A DNA stretch of 64,000 nucleotides from Octopus vulgaris. Its lineage: Eukaryota. Below are positions 51,164-64,000 of this stretch, in pieces. Position 1 is the stretch's first letter, and the number at the start of each line of letters is the position of its first letter. The position numbers and the translations under genes are program-made. Where the stretch lies: the NCBI GenBank assembly GCA_951406725.2, contig OX597816.1, positions 159,898,001-159,962,000 of the forward strand. The letters are read 5' to 3'. Below the pieces are notes generated by a model, which worked only from the letters and a program-made list of their open reading frames with translations, did no database searches and was not told the origin of the DNA.

Positions 51164-52904
51164 ATCTATACCAATGATACTTGACCGTTTTTTGCTTGTG
51201 GACCCCCTTTAATCCTTATTTTACTTGGATGGACCCTCATGGCCATTAGATGCTTAAAAAAATCCTATAATTATATTTTTATAATTAAATATTATTAGGA
51301 ATTGTATAAAAAATTTTAATAAGTTGTGTATTTTAATTATAACCAATTTATTGCACATAAATTTTAATGATATTTGATAATCAAATTCAATGACTGGCAT
51401 CCGTACAAGTGGAGCGCTAAGAGCACCATCTAAGCGTGATCGTTGCCAGAGCAACAAACTGGTTTCCATGGTAGTGGCATGTAAAAAGCACCATTCAAGC
51501 GTGATCGTTACCTGTGTTGCCTTACTGGCATGTGAAAAAACATTCCAGCAAGGTCGTTGCCAGTGCCGCTGGACTGGCTCCTGTGCAGGTGGCATATAAA
51601 AAACACCATTTGAGCGTGACCGTTACCAGTATTGCCTGACTGGCCTTCATGCCAGTGGCACATAAAAGTACCCACTACACTCTCAGAGTGGTTGGCATTA
51701 GGAAGGGTGTCCAGCTATAGAAACTCTGCCAGATCAGATTGGAGCCTGGTGCAGCCAACTGGTTTGCCAGACCTCAGTCAAATCGTCCAACCCATGCTAG
51801 CATGGAAAGTGGACGCTAAATGATGATGATGATTTGATATAGACACTGTTTGAGAACCACTGATGTAATACCTCTCAAAACTATACCAACGAAAGAGCTC
51901 AATATACTAGAAGTAGCAACCAAATCTCCCTCATGCCCTGCTGCTTCAAAAATATAAAAGGAGACATTGTATAATGTGGTATTAGATGTGATGTGTCTGA
52001 TAATTTAAAAAATAAAAATGGTGTGATGGTCATTGCTGGAATGCCTTTTGCTTGATTAGAGCTAAACTATGGCTGAATAATAACTATCACAATGTCTTCC
52101 AGTTTACGTCAGTTATTCTATCAAAGAACTCCAACATGGTAAGTTTATAAACAAAAAGATTTGTGAACTTATTCTACCACTAACATTTTAATATTGATTA
52201 CCATCATCAGTATCAGCATTATTGTTGGTTTCACATCCACTTTTCCATGCTTGAATGGGTCCAAATGGAATTCATTGAATGAAATTTCCCATGGTCAGAT
52301 ATTCTTCCTGTCATCAACCTTCACTTCTTTCCAAGCAATCTAATAACCTCTAATCTATACAGCAATGAAACAATTTCAACATAGGTATTAATCAAGCATA
52401 CAACATTGCTTGTATATGATAGCAAAGCTGTTGCTTTGTTTACAATCACTGAACAAATTAAGTCGAAGAGAAATCGATTATGCAAATATGAATGTGCACT
52501 AAAACACATGTTTTAACATGTGTGAGTGTAAGTATATGACAGGCCTCTTTGGTTTGTGGCAAAGGTGAGCACTGTTCATTGAAAAGTTAACTTTGATAAC
52601 TGTTAATTATTTCCAAATATAAAGGAAATTATCCATAAACTGTTAACATTAATTTTTATAGAAAAAAGCAAAAAATCAGTTTTTGCTTTAAAACCACCTA
52701 AAAACACCTTTAAAATGTGCCAAAACTATAAAATCCATTAACTTCAATTCAATTGAAGTTAACTCAGGTTGACTTGAGTTAATTAGTCTAATAATGATTT
52801 CCAAAGTTAACTTAACAAAAATGTTAATTTTGTTAATTAACGGTTTGGTGCACAGGTTTGATTTCTGTCTACCAACTTCACTCAATAATTTGTTGGTTTA
52901 CAAC

Positions 52905-53700
52905 AATGCATGTTCCAGTTGATCTAATCAACAGAACAGCCTTTGGGGCGGAAATCCTAGAATCATATACAGTGCGTAATCTTGGGATTGATATGAGGAG
53001 CGATGCCTCGTTTCACATGCATGTCACCAAGATGGTGGCAGATGGATTCTGAGAACTTTCAGAACTAGGGACCAGGAAACTATGCTGGTCCTATGGAGGA
53101 CATTTGTTCTCAGCTGTCTGGACTACGGCTCTCAACTGTAGGATTAATAGCAGAACTTGAGGTGGTTCAGTGATACTACATGAGGAAGACTGCATCAATG
53201 GAACAGCTGAGCTACTGGAAGTGACTGAAAGAGCTATGACTCTACTCCCCAGAGCAAAAATGGGAGAGGTATCCAGTGATATATGTATGGAATATACTGG
53301 TGAGGTTGGCACCAAACTCGGGAATTGAGAGTTAGACCAGACCTCGAAATGGATGTCACTGCACTGTTCCAATAGTCCCAGCTGTCCCATCTAGGGTGAG
53401 GACCATTTACTGCAATAGCTTGGGATTCAAGGGTTCACAGTTATTTAACTCCTTGCCAAAGCATCTGAGGGATCTCTGTGGAGCAGGAGTCGATGTTTTT
53501 GAGAAACAACTTGAACTCTTACTATCCAAGATCCCAGATGAACCAATATCAGGGCAGGAAACACAAAACAGGAAAGCGATGTTGAATTATTTCCTTCACC
53601 AAAAGCCAAAGCCATAGAATTAGTCAATTAAAAGGTGATTACAATGGTGGTGCCCCAGCATGGCCATGGCCTCAAGGCTGTAACATACATATAAAAGAAT
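52905..53700 (+). mobile_element. Decayed CR1-like LINE 3' fragment
   Basis: VRNLGI...HVTKMV; CNSLGFKGSQLFNSLPKHLRDL...LLSKIPDEP. Confidence 0.65.
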
Positions 53701-53789
53701 AGATGTCTATATGTATGTATAAGTATATATATGTATGTGTATATATATATATATATTATGTATATGGGTATGTATGTATAAATGTGTAT

Positions 53790-54512
53790 ATAATAATAAT
53801 AATAATGAAATTATTGTATACAGTACTCAGGTGCACCACAACTTGTCAGAAAGTGCATATAAAGTATATGCACTAATGTACAAATGTCTGGAAAGCGAAC
53901 AGTATATGAATCAGATACATGCTTGTGTGTGTATGAAGGGGAGAAAATCAGGTGTAGTGTTGGTGAATCTCAGAAAGCATGGAAGTTTTGAAGGATGCAG
54001 TGCTCCGACAACTAACAACTGATGCCATCAGTTTGTTCCATGTTTCAGCAACTCTCAGCGTGAAAAAATGTTTCCTAAAGTCATGGAGCTGTGCTGTTTT
54101 CTGACTTTGTAAATATGTCCACGGGTGGAGTTTGAAAAGGTGCTCAGAGTTATTGTTTGTAAGATGGTTAATAATTTTATGGGTGTCTGCCAAGTCAGCT
54201 GCCAGACGTCAGAGTTTCAATGTCTCCATGCCCAGGGAAGTAAGGCATTCAGAATATGGCAAATGCCTTTTGGTTGCACGTCGCTGAACGGCTTCCAGAC
54301 GATTAATATCCTGGGCAAGATAGGGGTTCCAGACCGGTGATGCAAATTCCAGGTGAGGTCTTACCATAGGTATATAAAGCCGCAGGTAGATAGCCAGAGA
54401 GCGGCTCACAAAGGACTTGGTGAGTGATGCCAAGACATCCTCAGCCTTCTTGGCAATTTTAGCGATGTGTTTTGTCCAACGCAAATCGCTGTCGACAATA
54501 ACACCCAGGTCA
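53790..54512 (-). mobile_element. CR1-like LINE 3' fragment
   Basis: LYIPMVRPHLEFASPVWNPYLAQDINRLEAVQRRATK; RKHFFTLRVAETWNKL. Confidence 0.8.
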
Positions 54513-54514
54513 CG

Positions 54515-54679
<165 letters not shown>

Positions 54680-54731
54680 TGTATGTGTGTGTGTGTGTAT
54701 ATATATATATGTATGTGTGTGTGTGTGTGTG

Positions 54732-54762
<31 letters not shown>

Positions 54763-55509
54763 GTATATGTGCTTCCCGTTTTGTTAAGAAAAGACGTGCT
54801 CTTTTGTGTTTCTGAAACAACCAAGAGGGATTCCAAAATCGATGAAAAAATCTACTAAAACTGACAAAAAACGTAGTACTTGTTATTTCATAACGGTCTT
54901 CTATAATATATCAGTAAAAAAAAAACCCTAATATATTACACTAAAAGTTTAATATAGTACATTAAAATCAGTGACGCAAGCTCCCTCTGTCATGCTATCA
55001 TCCCACACCCACTTTCTCTTTTTTCATATCACCCTCTCTCTTTCCCTGTCCCTCCCTCTGTATTTCTTCTCTACCTCCCTCTCTGTCTCACTTCCTCTTC
55101 TCCCCCTCTGGTAAAAAAAAAACACGTGGTGATAAATCGTACTTTCATTTGCTGCCGCGTGTAAGAAGGAAAAAATTGTTTTTGAAAGAAAACTTCGTAC
55201 AAGAACAAGGATTGGAATTTTACCTCTTGCGAATAAGTATCCTACTCATTTTGTTTATTATCTTTTATCTTTGGTAATACCAGATGAAAATTTGAGTCAA
55301 TTAAGACTTATCGTTTGTTTACATTCTGAGAATTTATGGTGGAACTTTTTCTCTCTCACTATAATTTTTCATTCAACTTTTCTTAAAGTGACCTTTTCGT
55401 TTTACATTCTATTTGAAAAATAGAACTCATTATGAAACCTCTTTCTTTTCACTATGGTTTTCTTTTTTTCACTTTTACAGTACCTATCTAAAAAAAAAAT
55501 AAATGCTCC

Positions 55510-55750
55510 CTTTTAAAGCCTAGTGAGGCTCATATGGCTCGGTTTCCCGGTTTCAATGGCGTATGTGTTCCCCAGCTGGACGGGATGCCAGTCCATCGCA
55601 GCGTTACTCATTTTTGCCAGCTGAGTGGACTGGAGCAACGTGAAATGAAGTGTTTTGCTCAAGAACACAACGCGTTGCCCAGTCCAGGAATCGAAACCAC
55701 AATCTTACGATCATGATGCTGATACCCTAATCACTAAACCATGCACCTCC
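55510..55750 (-). mobile_element. tRNA-derived SINE
   Basis: Minus-strand head TGGTTTAGTGATTAGG...GGTTTCGATTCC followed by TTCTTGAGCAAAACAC; a related head lies at about 41610 (+). Confidence 0.7.
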
Positions 55751-56439
55751 CTATCTAGATTTATAAATTTTGTTTTTGCTTTCCTACATATCTTTGTTAC
55801 CTGTTCCTCTTCTCTCTTTCATACCTATCTCTTCCTCTCTCCTCTCCTCACATATTTTCCTGCTTCTCTCTCCTTCCCTTTATCTCTCTTCACACCTACC
55901 TCTCTCCCTATCTCTTCCTCTTTTTCTCATATCTCTCCCTCCCTTTCATATCGTCCTCCTTTTCTCACTTCTCTTTCCCTTCCTTTGTCTCTTTCAACAT
56001 CTACCTCTACTCCTGTCTCCTCACCCTCTCCCTCATATACTTCTCATTTTCCCTCTCTTCTCACTCCGTCTCTCCCTTTCCCTCACATCCTTCATTCTTT
56101 CTTGTCCCTCCCTCACTCCGTCTCTCTTCCCCTCCACTCCTGCACTCTGTCTCTTTCTCTTTTTCCCCTACTCTCCCTCACTCTGTCTCTCTCTCTCCCT
56201 TTCTTCTACCTCCCTCTGTCTTGCTATCACCTCACACCCCTTTCTTTTTTTCATCTCACCCTCTATCTCTCACTTCCTCTCCATCAAAGTGGGAGAGCAA
56301 AGAATTGAATCTTCTGTTGTGAGCATGGACGATTGCTAGTGCTCTGCCAAACAACATCATCATTGCTGCACTGAAAAACAATGGCTTCTGTAGAACCATT
56401 GATCAGATAGAGCGGAAGACAAATGAATTCATCTGGCCC

Positions 56440-57650
56440 TATATGCTTATCAGACCACACATTGACACTTTTGCAGTCATAATGGAAAACTATTGTGGCA
56501 AGGCTGATAAGAATAGAGAAAAGGAAACAAAACCCAGAAGTCTCTTTGATCCAGTGGTTCCTCAAAAGAATAGAGCCCCCACCCCTGTGAACAACCAGAC
56601 TGAAAAGGATAGGGGGCCCAAGGAAGCAGCAAGCTGAAGCCCCTCTGTACCAGTGGTCTTTCAAAGGAATGGAGCCCTTACCTTATTGGACAACCAGAGG
56701 AATGAAATTCCTACCACAAGAAAAGGAAGGACAGAACACGAGCACAAACATAAAGATGAAAGGGAGAAAAAGGAAAAAGGCAAAAATGAAATAACCAAAA
56801 CCGAAACCCTGACCCACCAAACAAAAAACAGAATACTCAAACATGGAGGATCCAATGCAATCCAAAACCCTACAGGAGATAAGAAATTTGGAGGGCACTC
56901 AAGGACCTGCAAATTTTACCTCCAAGGCAAATGTTGGCATGGGGAAGACGGTAAAAACTGCTGGTTTGCTCACCTGAGATCCTACCAAAACTGCAGGGGC
57001 CTTAAGGAGAAAAACTTCCCTGAGGAAAGACACCAATCATCTCCAAAGAAAAAATACACAAAAGCAGTGTGCTCTTCAGAGGTTATGAGCAAGGCAGTAG
57101 CTGAGCAAGAGTCTTTTTTGTGCATGGCACAAAAGATTGTGCAGCAGCTGACCTGGCTACATCAAGTACAAACAAGGAACCTTACCCACCACTGCACAAG
57201 ACCACCACAGTCAACAGACACAGGATGGCCTCCCCTAAATGCCTGCACAGTCGTCATGCCAATATTTTTATTAAATATTGGGGGCCTGTTGTATCATAAC
57301 AAAAGCAAAATTTTTTTCCTGAGAGACCTTGCTGCTTGCAATTAAGCCCTATGCACTCATGGAAATTCATGTTAGCCCTGATATAGAGGATGCAGAAGTA
57401 CACATACCAAAATATACCATACCGCAAACAGACATCACGGATGTATACAGCAACTCCATGGTGGAGTTGCTGTATACATCCGTGATGACCTCACATCCCA
57501 GGTCTTACTGTCATACTCAAATTCAGTATGTGTCACTCTAATTGTATACATAAGACAACACAATATGCAATACATATCACCCACATATCAAGTTTGAGAT
57601 TGCCTCACAAGAAATAAAGAAATCCTCATGAAACTGGAACACCACATGAG
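56440..57650 (+). mobile_element. 5' relic of a CR1-like LINE: ORF1 with a CCCH zinc finger running into a decayed AP endonuclease
   Basis: CKFYLQGKCWHGEDGKNCWFAH, then LLNIGGL, ...SPDIEDAEVHIPKYTI and HGGVAVYIRDD in shifting frames. Confidence 0.65.
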
Positions 57651-57654
57651 TGTA

Positions 57655-57946
57655 TTTCGGCCCCATGAAAGAGGGTTTGAGAGGCAAACACTATTCCAGT
57701 GACGAAGAAGTGAAAACTGTAGTGAAAAAGTGACTCAAAGAACAGTCAACAGAATTTTATGGGGCAGGGATACATGCTCTCATTTGAAGGTGGAACATTG
57801 CTATTGAGAGAAACGGTGGGTATGTTGAGAAGTAGGGATGCGATCCACAAAGGACCAGCTTCATTTTGGTGCATGATACATGTTCCTGTGTTGGTAATTA
57901 TACCTATCCTAAACAAAATGGCATTACTTTTTGACTCACCCTCGTA
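57655..57946 (+). mobile_element. Mariner transposase C-terminus and right TIR
   Basis: FGPMKEGLRGKHYSSDEEVKTVVKK*LKEQSTEFY...RWNIAIERNGGYVEK*; ends CATTACTTTTTGACTCACCCTCG|TA. Confidence 0.8.
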
Positions 57947-57998
57947 TGTATGTGTATATATATGTATGTGTGTATATGTATATATATGTGTGTGTGTA

Positions 57999-58033
<35 letters not shown>

Positions 58034-59319
58034 TATACCAGAGCAGCAAACTGGCTTCCATGCTGGTGGCACGTAAAAAGCACCATTCAAGCGTGATCAT
58101 TACCAGCGTCTCCTTACTGGCACTTTTGCCAGTGGCACCTGAAAAAAACATTCAAGCGAGGTCTTTGCCAGTGCCGCTGGACTGGCTCCTGTGCAGGTGG
58201 CACGTAAAAAGATGCCATTTTGAGCTTGGCCATTGCCAGTACCACCTGACTGGCCCCCGTGCCGGAGGCATGTAAAAGCACCCACTACACTCTCGGAGTG
58301 GTTGGCGTTAGGAAGGGTATCCTGCTGTAGAAACTCTGCCAGATCAGATTGGAGCCTGGTGCAGCCATCTGGTTCGCTAGTCTTCAGTCAAATTGTCAAG
58401 CCCATGTCAGCTTGGAAAGCGGACGTTAAACGATGATGATGATGTATATGTCTATAAAAACTACTGAAAAATATTTAGGTGTTATTATGAGGCTCATTAG
58501 TAGAGACATTTGCAGACAATAATATTTTTGTACTTGTAAATTAAAAACAAAATTGTTCTAAAAAAATATAATACCAATACAAGCTTTAACAAAAAATGTC
58601 AAAAGAACTATTGAAAATAAATTTCCTGTACAAGTGTCCGCTTTCTCTTTCAGTTTTTATTTTTTGTCATTAATTGTGTTATATGAAGTGGGCTAATTTG
58701 GTAATAATCTAAAACTTTATATTTACACAATTAATTAGAACAATTATATTAACAGCCGGATTCTCTTTCCCATTCTCTCTTATATCAAACAGTACCAATG
58801 TGATGTAGACATATATGCACATCAGTTGTACAATTTGAACAAATATTATATGCTTTGTCCATGGTACCAGTAATCTCAGGTAAAGTTTGAACTTCTGAAT
58901 TTTTTGATGAATAAACCCAATAACATCATCATTATCATTTAACATTTGTTTTCCTTGCTGGCATGGGTTGGACAGTTGGTCAGGAGCTGGTGAATCATTG
59001 CCTTATTTGGTATGATTTCTACAGCTAGGTGCCCTTTCTGATGCCAAATACTTCAAGGGTTCACAGGGAGCTTTTTACATAGCATTAGCACCTGTGAGGT
59101 CATCATATAACTTGTAAGACAAAATCATTCAACTGAGGTGGAGTAGAGGGAGGGGGTAATATTGGGGAAGGCGGCTTTGTACCAGGTGATGAGAGGCTAA
59201 AGCAAGGATTCTCAACTAGGTTCAATATGACCTTTGGGGTTCACATAAGAGTTTGTAAAATTTATGTCCAATAAACTTGTTATTTTCTACAATACACAAA
59301 ATATTAATTTTTTTTTATA

Positions 59320-59708
59320 GGCGCAGGAGTGGCTGTGTGGTAAGTAGCTTGCTTACCAACCACATGGTTCCGGGTTCAGTCCCACTGCGTGGCACCTTGC
59401 ACAAGTGTCTTCTACTATAGCATCGGGCCAACCAAAGCCTTGTGAGTGGATTTGGTAGACGGAAACTGAAAGAAGCCCGTCGTATATATGTATATATATA
59501 TATATATGTGCGTGTATGTTTGTTCCCCTAGCATTGCTTGACAACCGATGCTGGTGTGTTTATGTCCCCGTCACTTAGCGGTTCGGCAAAAAGAGACTGA
59601 TAGAATAAGTACTGGGCTTACAAAGAATAAGTCCCGGGGTCGAGTTGCTCGATTAAAGGCGGTGCTCCAGCATGGCCGCAGTCAAATGACTGAAACAAGT
59701 AAAAGAGT
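59320..59708 (+). mobile_element. Full-length tRNA-derived CORE-like SINE
   Basis: GGCGCAGGAGTGGCTGTGTGG...GGTTCAGTCCC head, internal TA tract and tail ...AATGACTGAAACAAGTAAAAGA. Confidence 0.85.
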
Positions 59709-61084
59709 AACTCCTAATTATTCTTTTACTTGCTTCAGTCATTTGACTGTGGCCATGCTGGAGCATGGCCTTTAGTTGAGCAAATTGACCCCAGGACTTA
59801 TTCTTTGTAAGCCTAGTACTTATTCTATCGGTTTCATTTGCTGAACTGCTAAGTTACAAGGACATAAACACACCAGCATTGGTTGTCAAGCAATGTTGCG
59901 GGGACACACATGCACACACACATACCCTGCAATGGACTGGCATCCCATTTAGGGTGAGTGTTGTGGCCTCAGTCACTTATATGCCATAGAAACTGAGTAA
60001 TCAGCCTTATGAATTGTAGGACTTGAAACTGGCTTTATGTTATCAATATGTATTGAATACTTGTTAGCATGCCAGGCAAAATGCTTAATGGCATTTCACC
60101 TGTCTTCATGTTCTGGGTTCAAATTCCACCGGGGTCGAATTTACCTTTCATCCTTTCGGGATTTATAAATTAAGTACCAGTGAATCACTGGGGTCAATGT
60201 ATTCAAGTAGTCCCCTCCCCCAAAATTTCAAGGCCTTGTGCCTTCAGTAGAAAAGAATATGTACTGAATACATATTGAGCAATACTTTAACAGGCACCCA
60301 TGTCAGCACCCTGTAGAAAAGTACATATGCCTGTGCCACATAAAAAGTACTTGTGCCAATTCCACATAAAAAAATCACTGGCACAGGTGCCATGTAAAAA
60401 AAAAAAACCATGCTAGGGCCACATAAAAGCACCAAATACACTCTGTTAAGTGATTGTATCAGGAAGGGCATCCAGTTATAGAAACCATACCAAATCAGAC
60501 AACTGGGGCCTGGTACAGCTTTTCAGCTTACCAGCTCATGTCAAACCATCCAACCCATGCCAACATGGAAGATGGATGTTAAATGATGATGATATCAATA
60601 TATGTCAGCTGATGTTAGAAGATAATAGAGTGTGATTTAAGTAAAATTTAGATGCTATTTCTAACAGGTTGAACCTCCATGTTGAGACTATCATTATTTT
60701 GTGATGTTAATAGGAACCATGAGAAGGTAGACTTAATCCATTGTCAGACTTAACACTATTATCTGTCTTTAGGTGCTTTTTAGTGGAGTTCTATCTGCTG
60801 TGAGCATATATATGAGGTGTCTGGTCTATGCTTAACTTGTGAGCCAGGGGTTTCTCTCTCATTTTCCCCAAACTAATATTAGAGGACTCCACAAAATGGT
60901 TCCTGGACCAACCTTCATCATCGTCATCATCATCATTGTTTAACATCTGCTTTCCATGCTGGCATAGGTTGGATGGTTTGACTGAAGACTGGCAAGCCAC
61001 GAGGCTGCACCAGGCTCCAATCTGATCTGGCGAGGTTTCTACAGTTGGATGCCCTTCCTAATGCCAATAATAAACTGATGTTAA

Positions 61085-61306
61085 CCCTTTCATTACTGTA
61101 TTTATTTTGAGATGCTCTGTGCTTCTTTCATTTAATTTTAAATGTAACAAAGAATTTTGTAAAATACCTTAGTTATCATTAAGCTAGTGTTAGGAACATA
61201 AATTGTGACTAAGGTTTGGTGGAAGATTTTAATTCAAAACTTATGAAAACAAGACATTTGTACTACGGAGCCAAAGGCGGTTTTGGCCGGATTGGTATCA
61301 AAAGGG
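61085..61306. mobile_element. piggyBac-like MITE
   Basis: TTAA|CCCTTT ... AAAGGG|TTAA. Similar termini occur at about 32820-33314 and 43445-43598. Confidence 0.7.
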
Positions 61307-62727
61307 TTAAATAAAATCCCTTCAGTGTGTTCTTCCTTGTATCCCTGCTTGAACTGTTTAGAACTGGTTCTGATCCCTTAACTTGTTTTACTAATTCATA
61401 TGCACATACACATTCACTTTTTTTTAAATTATTAATTAAAAGATTTCTTAAATAGCAACACATTTTCATGAGTAAAGTTATTAGAGAGAAATTTAAGATG
61501 TTTATAACATTACCACAAGAATCATCATCATCATCATCATCATCATCATTTAGCGTCCGTTTTCCATGCTAGCATGGGTTGGACGGTTCAACTGGGGTCT
61601 GGGGAGCCCGAAGGCTGCACCAGGCCAGTCAGATCTCAGAAATGAAATCAAAAACATGAATTTGAAGCAGCTGTTTTTGCCTGTGTCACTTATGAAGGGT
61701 TTTAAACAAAAGACCAAAAAGGTAAGTGTTGTTTCCAAACTTCCATTTCATATTTCAAAAGAAGAAAAATGTTCAAATAGTGAATCTTTCAAAAGAAAAG
61801 CAGGTTTGTTTTACCAGCTGATAATTGGAAATGAATAACTCTGATTACCAGTGGTGGTTTGTGTATAGGGACTGCTGAACTGCAACACACTCTATTTCCA
61901 CTTGATATTATAACATTCAATATAATGAGTCATTTTTTCTTTAATTCTTTCTTTATATTTGTACATTATATAGTCCTTAAGCTTAATGTCAGTAGCCATC
62001 CTCTAGTTTATGAAAGAAATACAAAAATCCTTGTATAGAATTGTGTGTTTCACAGTTCTAGCAATGCAGTGTTTGGCTGTTGTGTGCATGCCCATATGTC
62101 CAAGATACGAAGCTTCACACTAGGGAGAGAGAGCACTGTCATTCATACAGTGCTGGTGAAAGGTAGTGTTTCTTTTTCACTTCATGTGTGTTGCTTAAAA
62201 ACGTGTTTATATTCTTGAATGTGATAGAATTAGATTATTATCCTGCTTCCAGCAACAGTGTTGCTGCTAGGATTTGAAAATTAGGGCAGATTTTCATCCC
62301 TTATTTTGTAATTTAGGGGGGATTTTTGAAAAACAAGGGGGAATTCACAGCAGTGTTCAGTGCACAAATTAAACACACTACTCAACAGTGGCTAAAACAC
62401 GAACTGATCAAGTTTATGTATAAATATTCTTTTTATATGTTTGTTTTTTTTTTCACGCAATATTAAAACAATGGCTAAAAATTTTCTGAAGCAGCACCTC
62501 CACTAATTTTATCTATGAGACACCAATGCTGATTACTAGAAATTGGAGCTTTTTAATTATAATGTGCGTGTGTGTTGTGTGTGTAATATCACGGGTAATT
62601 TGGTAATTTTTGAAGCTTGGTGAATTATGTTTACTCTCAACATTGTCACTGAAGTATTTCTTGCAGCAAGATGAGACCATTATTACAATCTCAAAGCCCT
62701 TTGTTAGAGAGAAACAAATATTACAAT

Positions 62728-62814
<87 letters not shown>

Positions 62815-62817
<3 letters not shown>

Positions 62818-63420
62818 CCTCTGGAGATATGGTGTGATTGAGAAGACCTGGCAAGTAAAGTGAGATCACAGCTGTAGCTAATACCAGTGTCACATTACCA
62901 GCCTATTTAAAAAGTACCTTTGAATCATCAGGTGACTTACTGTGCTTGAGGAGACATATTGTGTCAAGTAAAATCAAATTACAATCAAAAATGGAAATTG
63001 TAGTTGTGGTCGATGCCTGTGCTGCCTGAGTGGCTCTCATGCTGGTGGAATGCAATAAGCACCATTCATGCGTGGGGGGTTGTTGCCAGTGCTGCCTGAC
63101 TGGCTCCCCGTGTCAGTGACACATACAATGCACCATCTGAACACGTGGTCGATGCCAGCCCCACCGCTCTGACTGGCTCCTGTGCCGGTAACACCATCCA
63201 AGCATGACTGGCTCCTGTGCTAGTGGCACATAAACAGCACCCACTACACTCTTGGAGTGGTCGGCGTTAGGAAAGGCATTTAGCTGTAGAAACATTGCCA
63301 GATCAGATTGGAGCCTAATACATCCCCCTAGCTTGCCAGTCCCCAGTCAAACTGTTCAACCCATGCCAGCATGGAAAACGGACGTTAAACGATGGTGATG
63401 ATGATTATGATGATGATGAG
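62815..63420 (+). mobile_element. Long SINE-like element with internal tandem subrepeats and RTE-type tail
   Basis: GACCTCTGGAGATATG...TTGAGAAGACC is shared with 33431-33835; GACTGGCTCCTGTGC motifs repeat internally; (GAT)n tail. Confidence 0.65.
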
Positions 63421-64000
63421 CATTACACACTCATATTCTCACTGCTATGAGACAGAAAACTTTAAAACAGCGATTTCTTTTTTCCTCCCACAAAAGCTTT
63501 ATTCAAAGTGGAATTTTTGTTTTCCTATGACCTAGAAAATTTGATAAAAGATTTTTACTGAAGCAGGCCACTACCGGTTGTCTTGTGCTGTGGTATTTAT
63601 TTGTAAACTATTAGTTTACAAATCAGCCATTAGTTCATCTGCCTGTAAAAATAATTACCACAGCATCTAAACGCTTTACAAATCCACATATTTCTATGAT
63701 CCCTATCAAAGCATCTAAGAGGAATTTTGTTGGTGGGGTTTATAGTTTCTTTTGGCCCCATTTCTCTTCTGTAGCTGCTGACCTTCAGGATGCCTTTTTT
63801 TTTCACTTTTCACTTGTTTCAGTCATTGGGCTGTGGCTCTGCTGGGGCATCACTTTGTTTAGTTGAGCAAATCAACTCTGCTATGTCTGAGTCTGATACT
63901 CAGGCCATCAGTCTCTTTTGCTGAACTGCTAAGTTATAGGGACGTAAACAAATCAACATAGGTTGTCATGTGAGGGTGAGGAGCAAATACAATGTATGCA

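Overview
AT-rich eukaryotic DNA full of microsatellites. The SINE families and the mix of TA, CA and TAA repeats suggest a coleoid cephalopod such as Octopus; this is an inference. Most ORF-track entries are artefacts of simple repeats or alternative starts. One host gene is clear: an SLC35C1-like (GDP-fucose) nucleotide-sugar transporter whose whole CDS is one exon (43692-44759, +). The rest is layered mobile DNA: a nearly intact R4/Dong LINE (8693-12657, -), RTE, CR1-like and L1/Tx1 relics, a Penelope-like element with a GIY-YIG domain, tRNA-derived SINEs, and Merlin-, hAT-, piggyBac-, mariner- and Helentron-type MITEs. The most striking unannotated structure is a head-to-tail array of a 404-bp unit (941-2468, about 3.8 copies). 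Each copy carries a type I hammerhead ribozyme on the minus strand, which fits a non-autonomous retrozyme able to produce 404-nt monomer or circular RNAs. A second intact hammerhead lies in the inverted pseudo-LTR of the Penelope-like element, and several decayed hammerheads are scattered through the window. All structures were read by eye; none has been folded or searched computationally.
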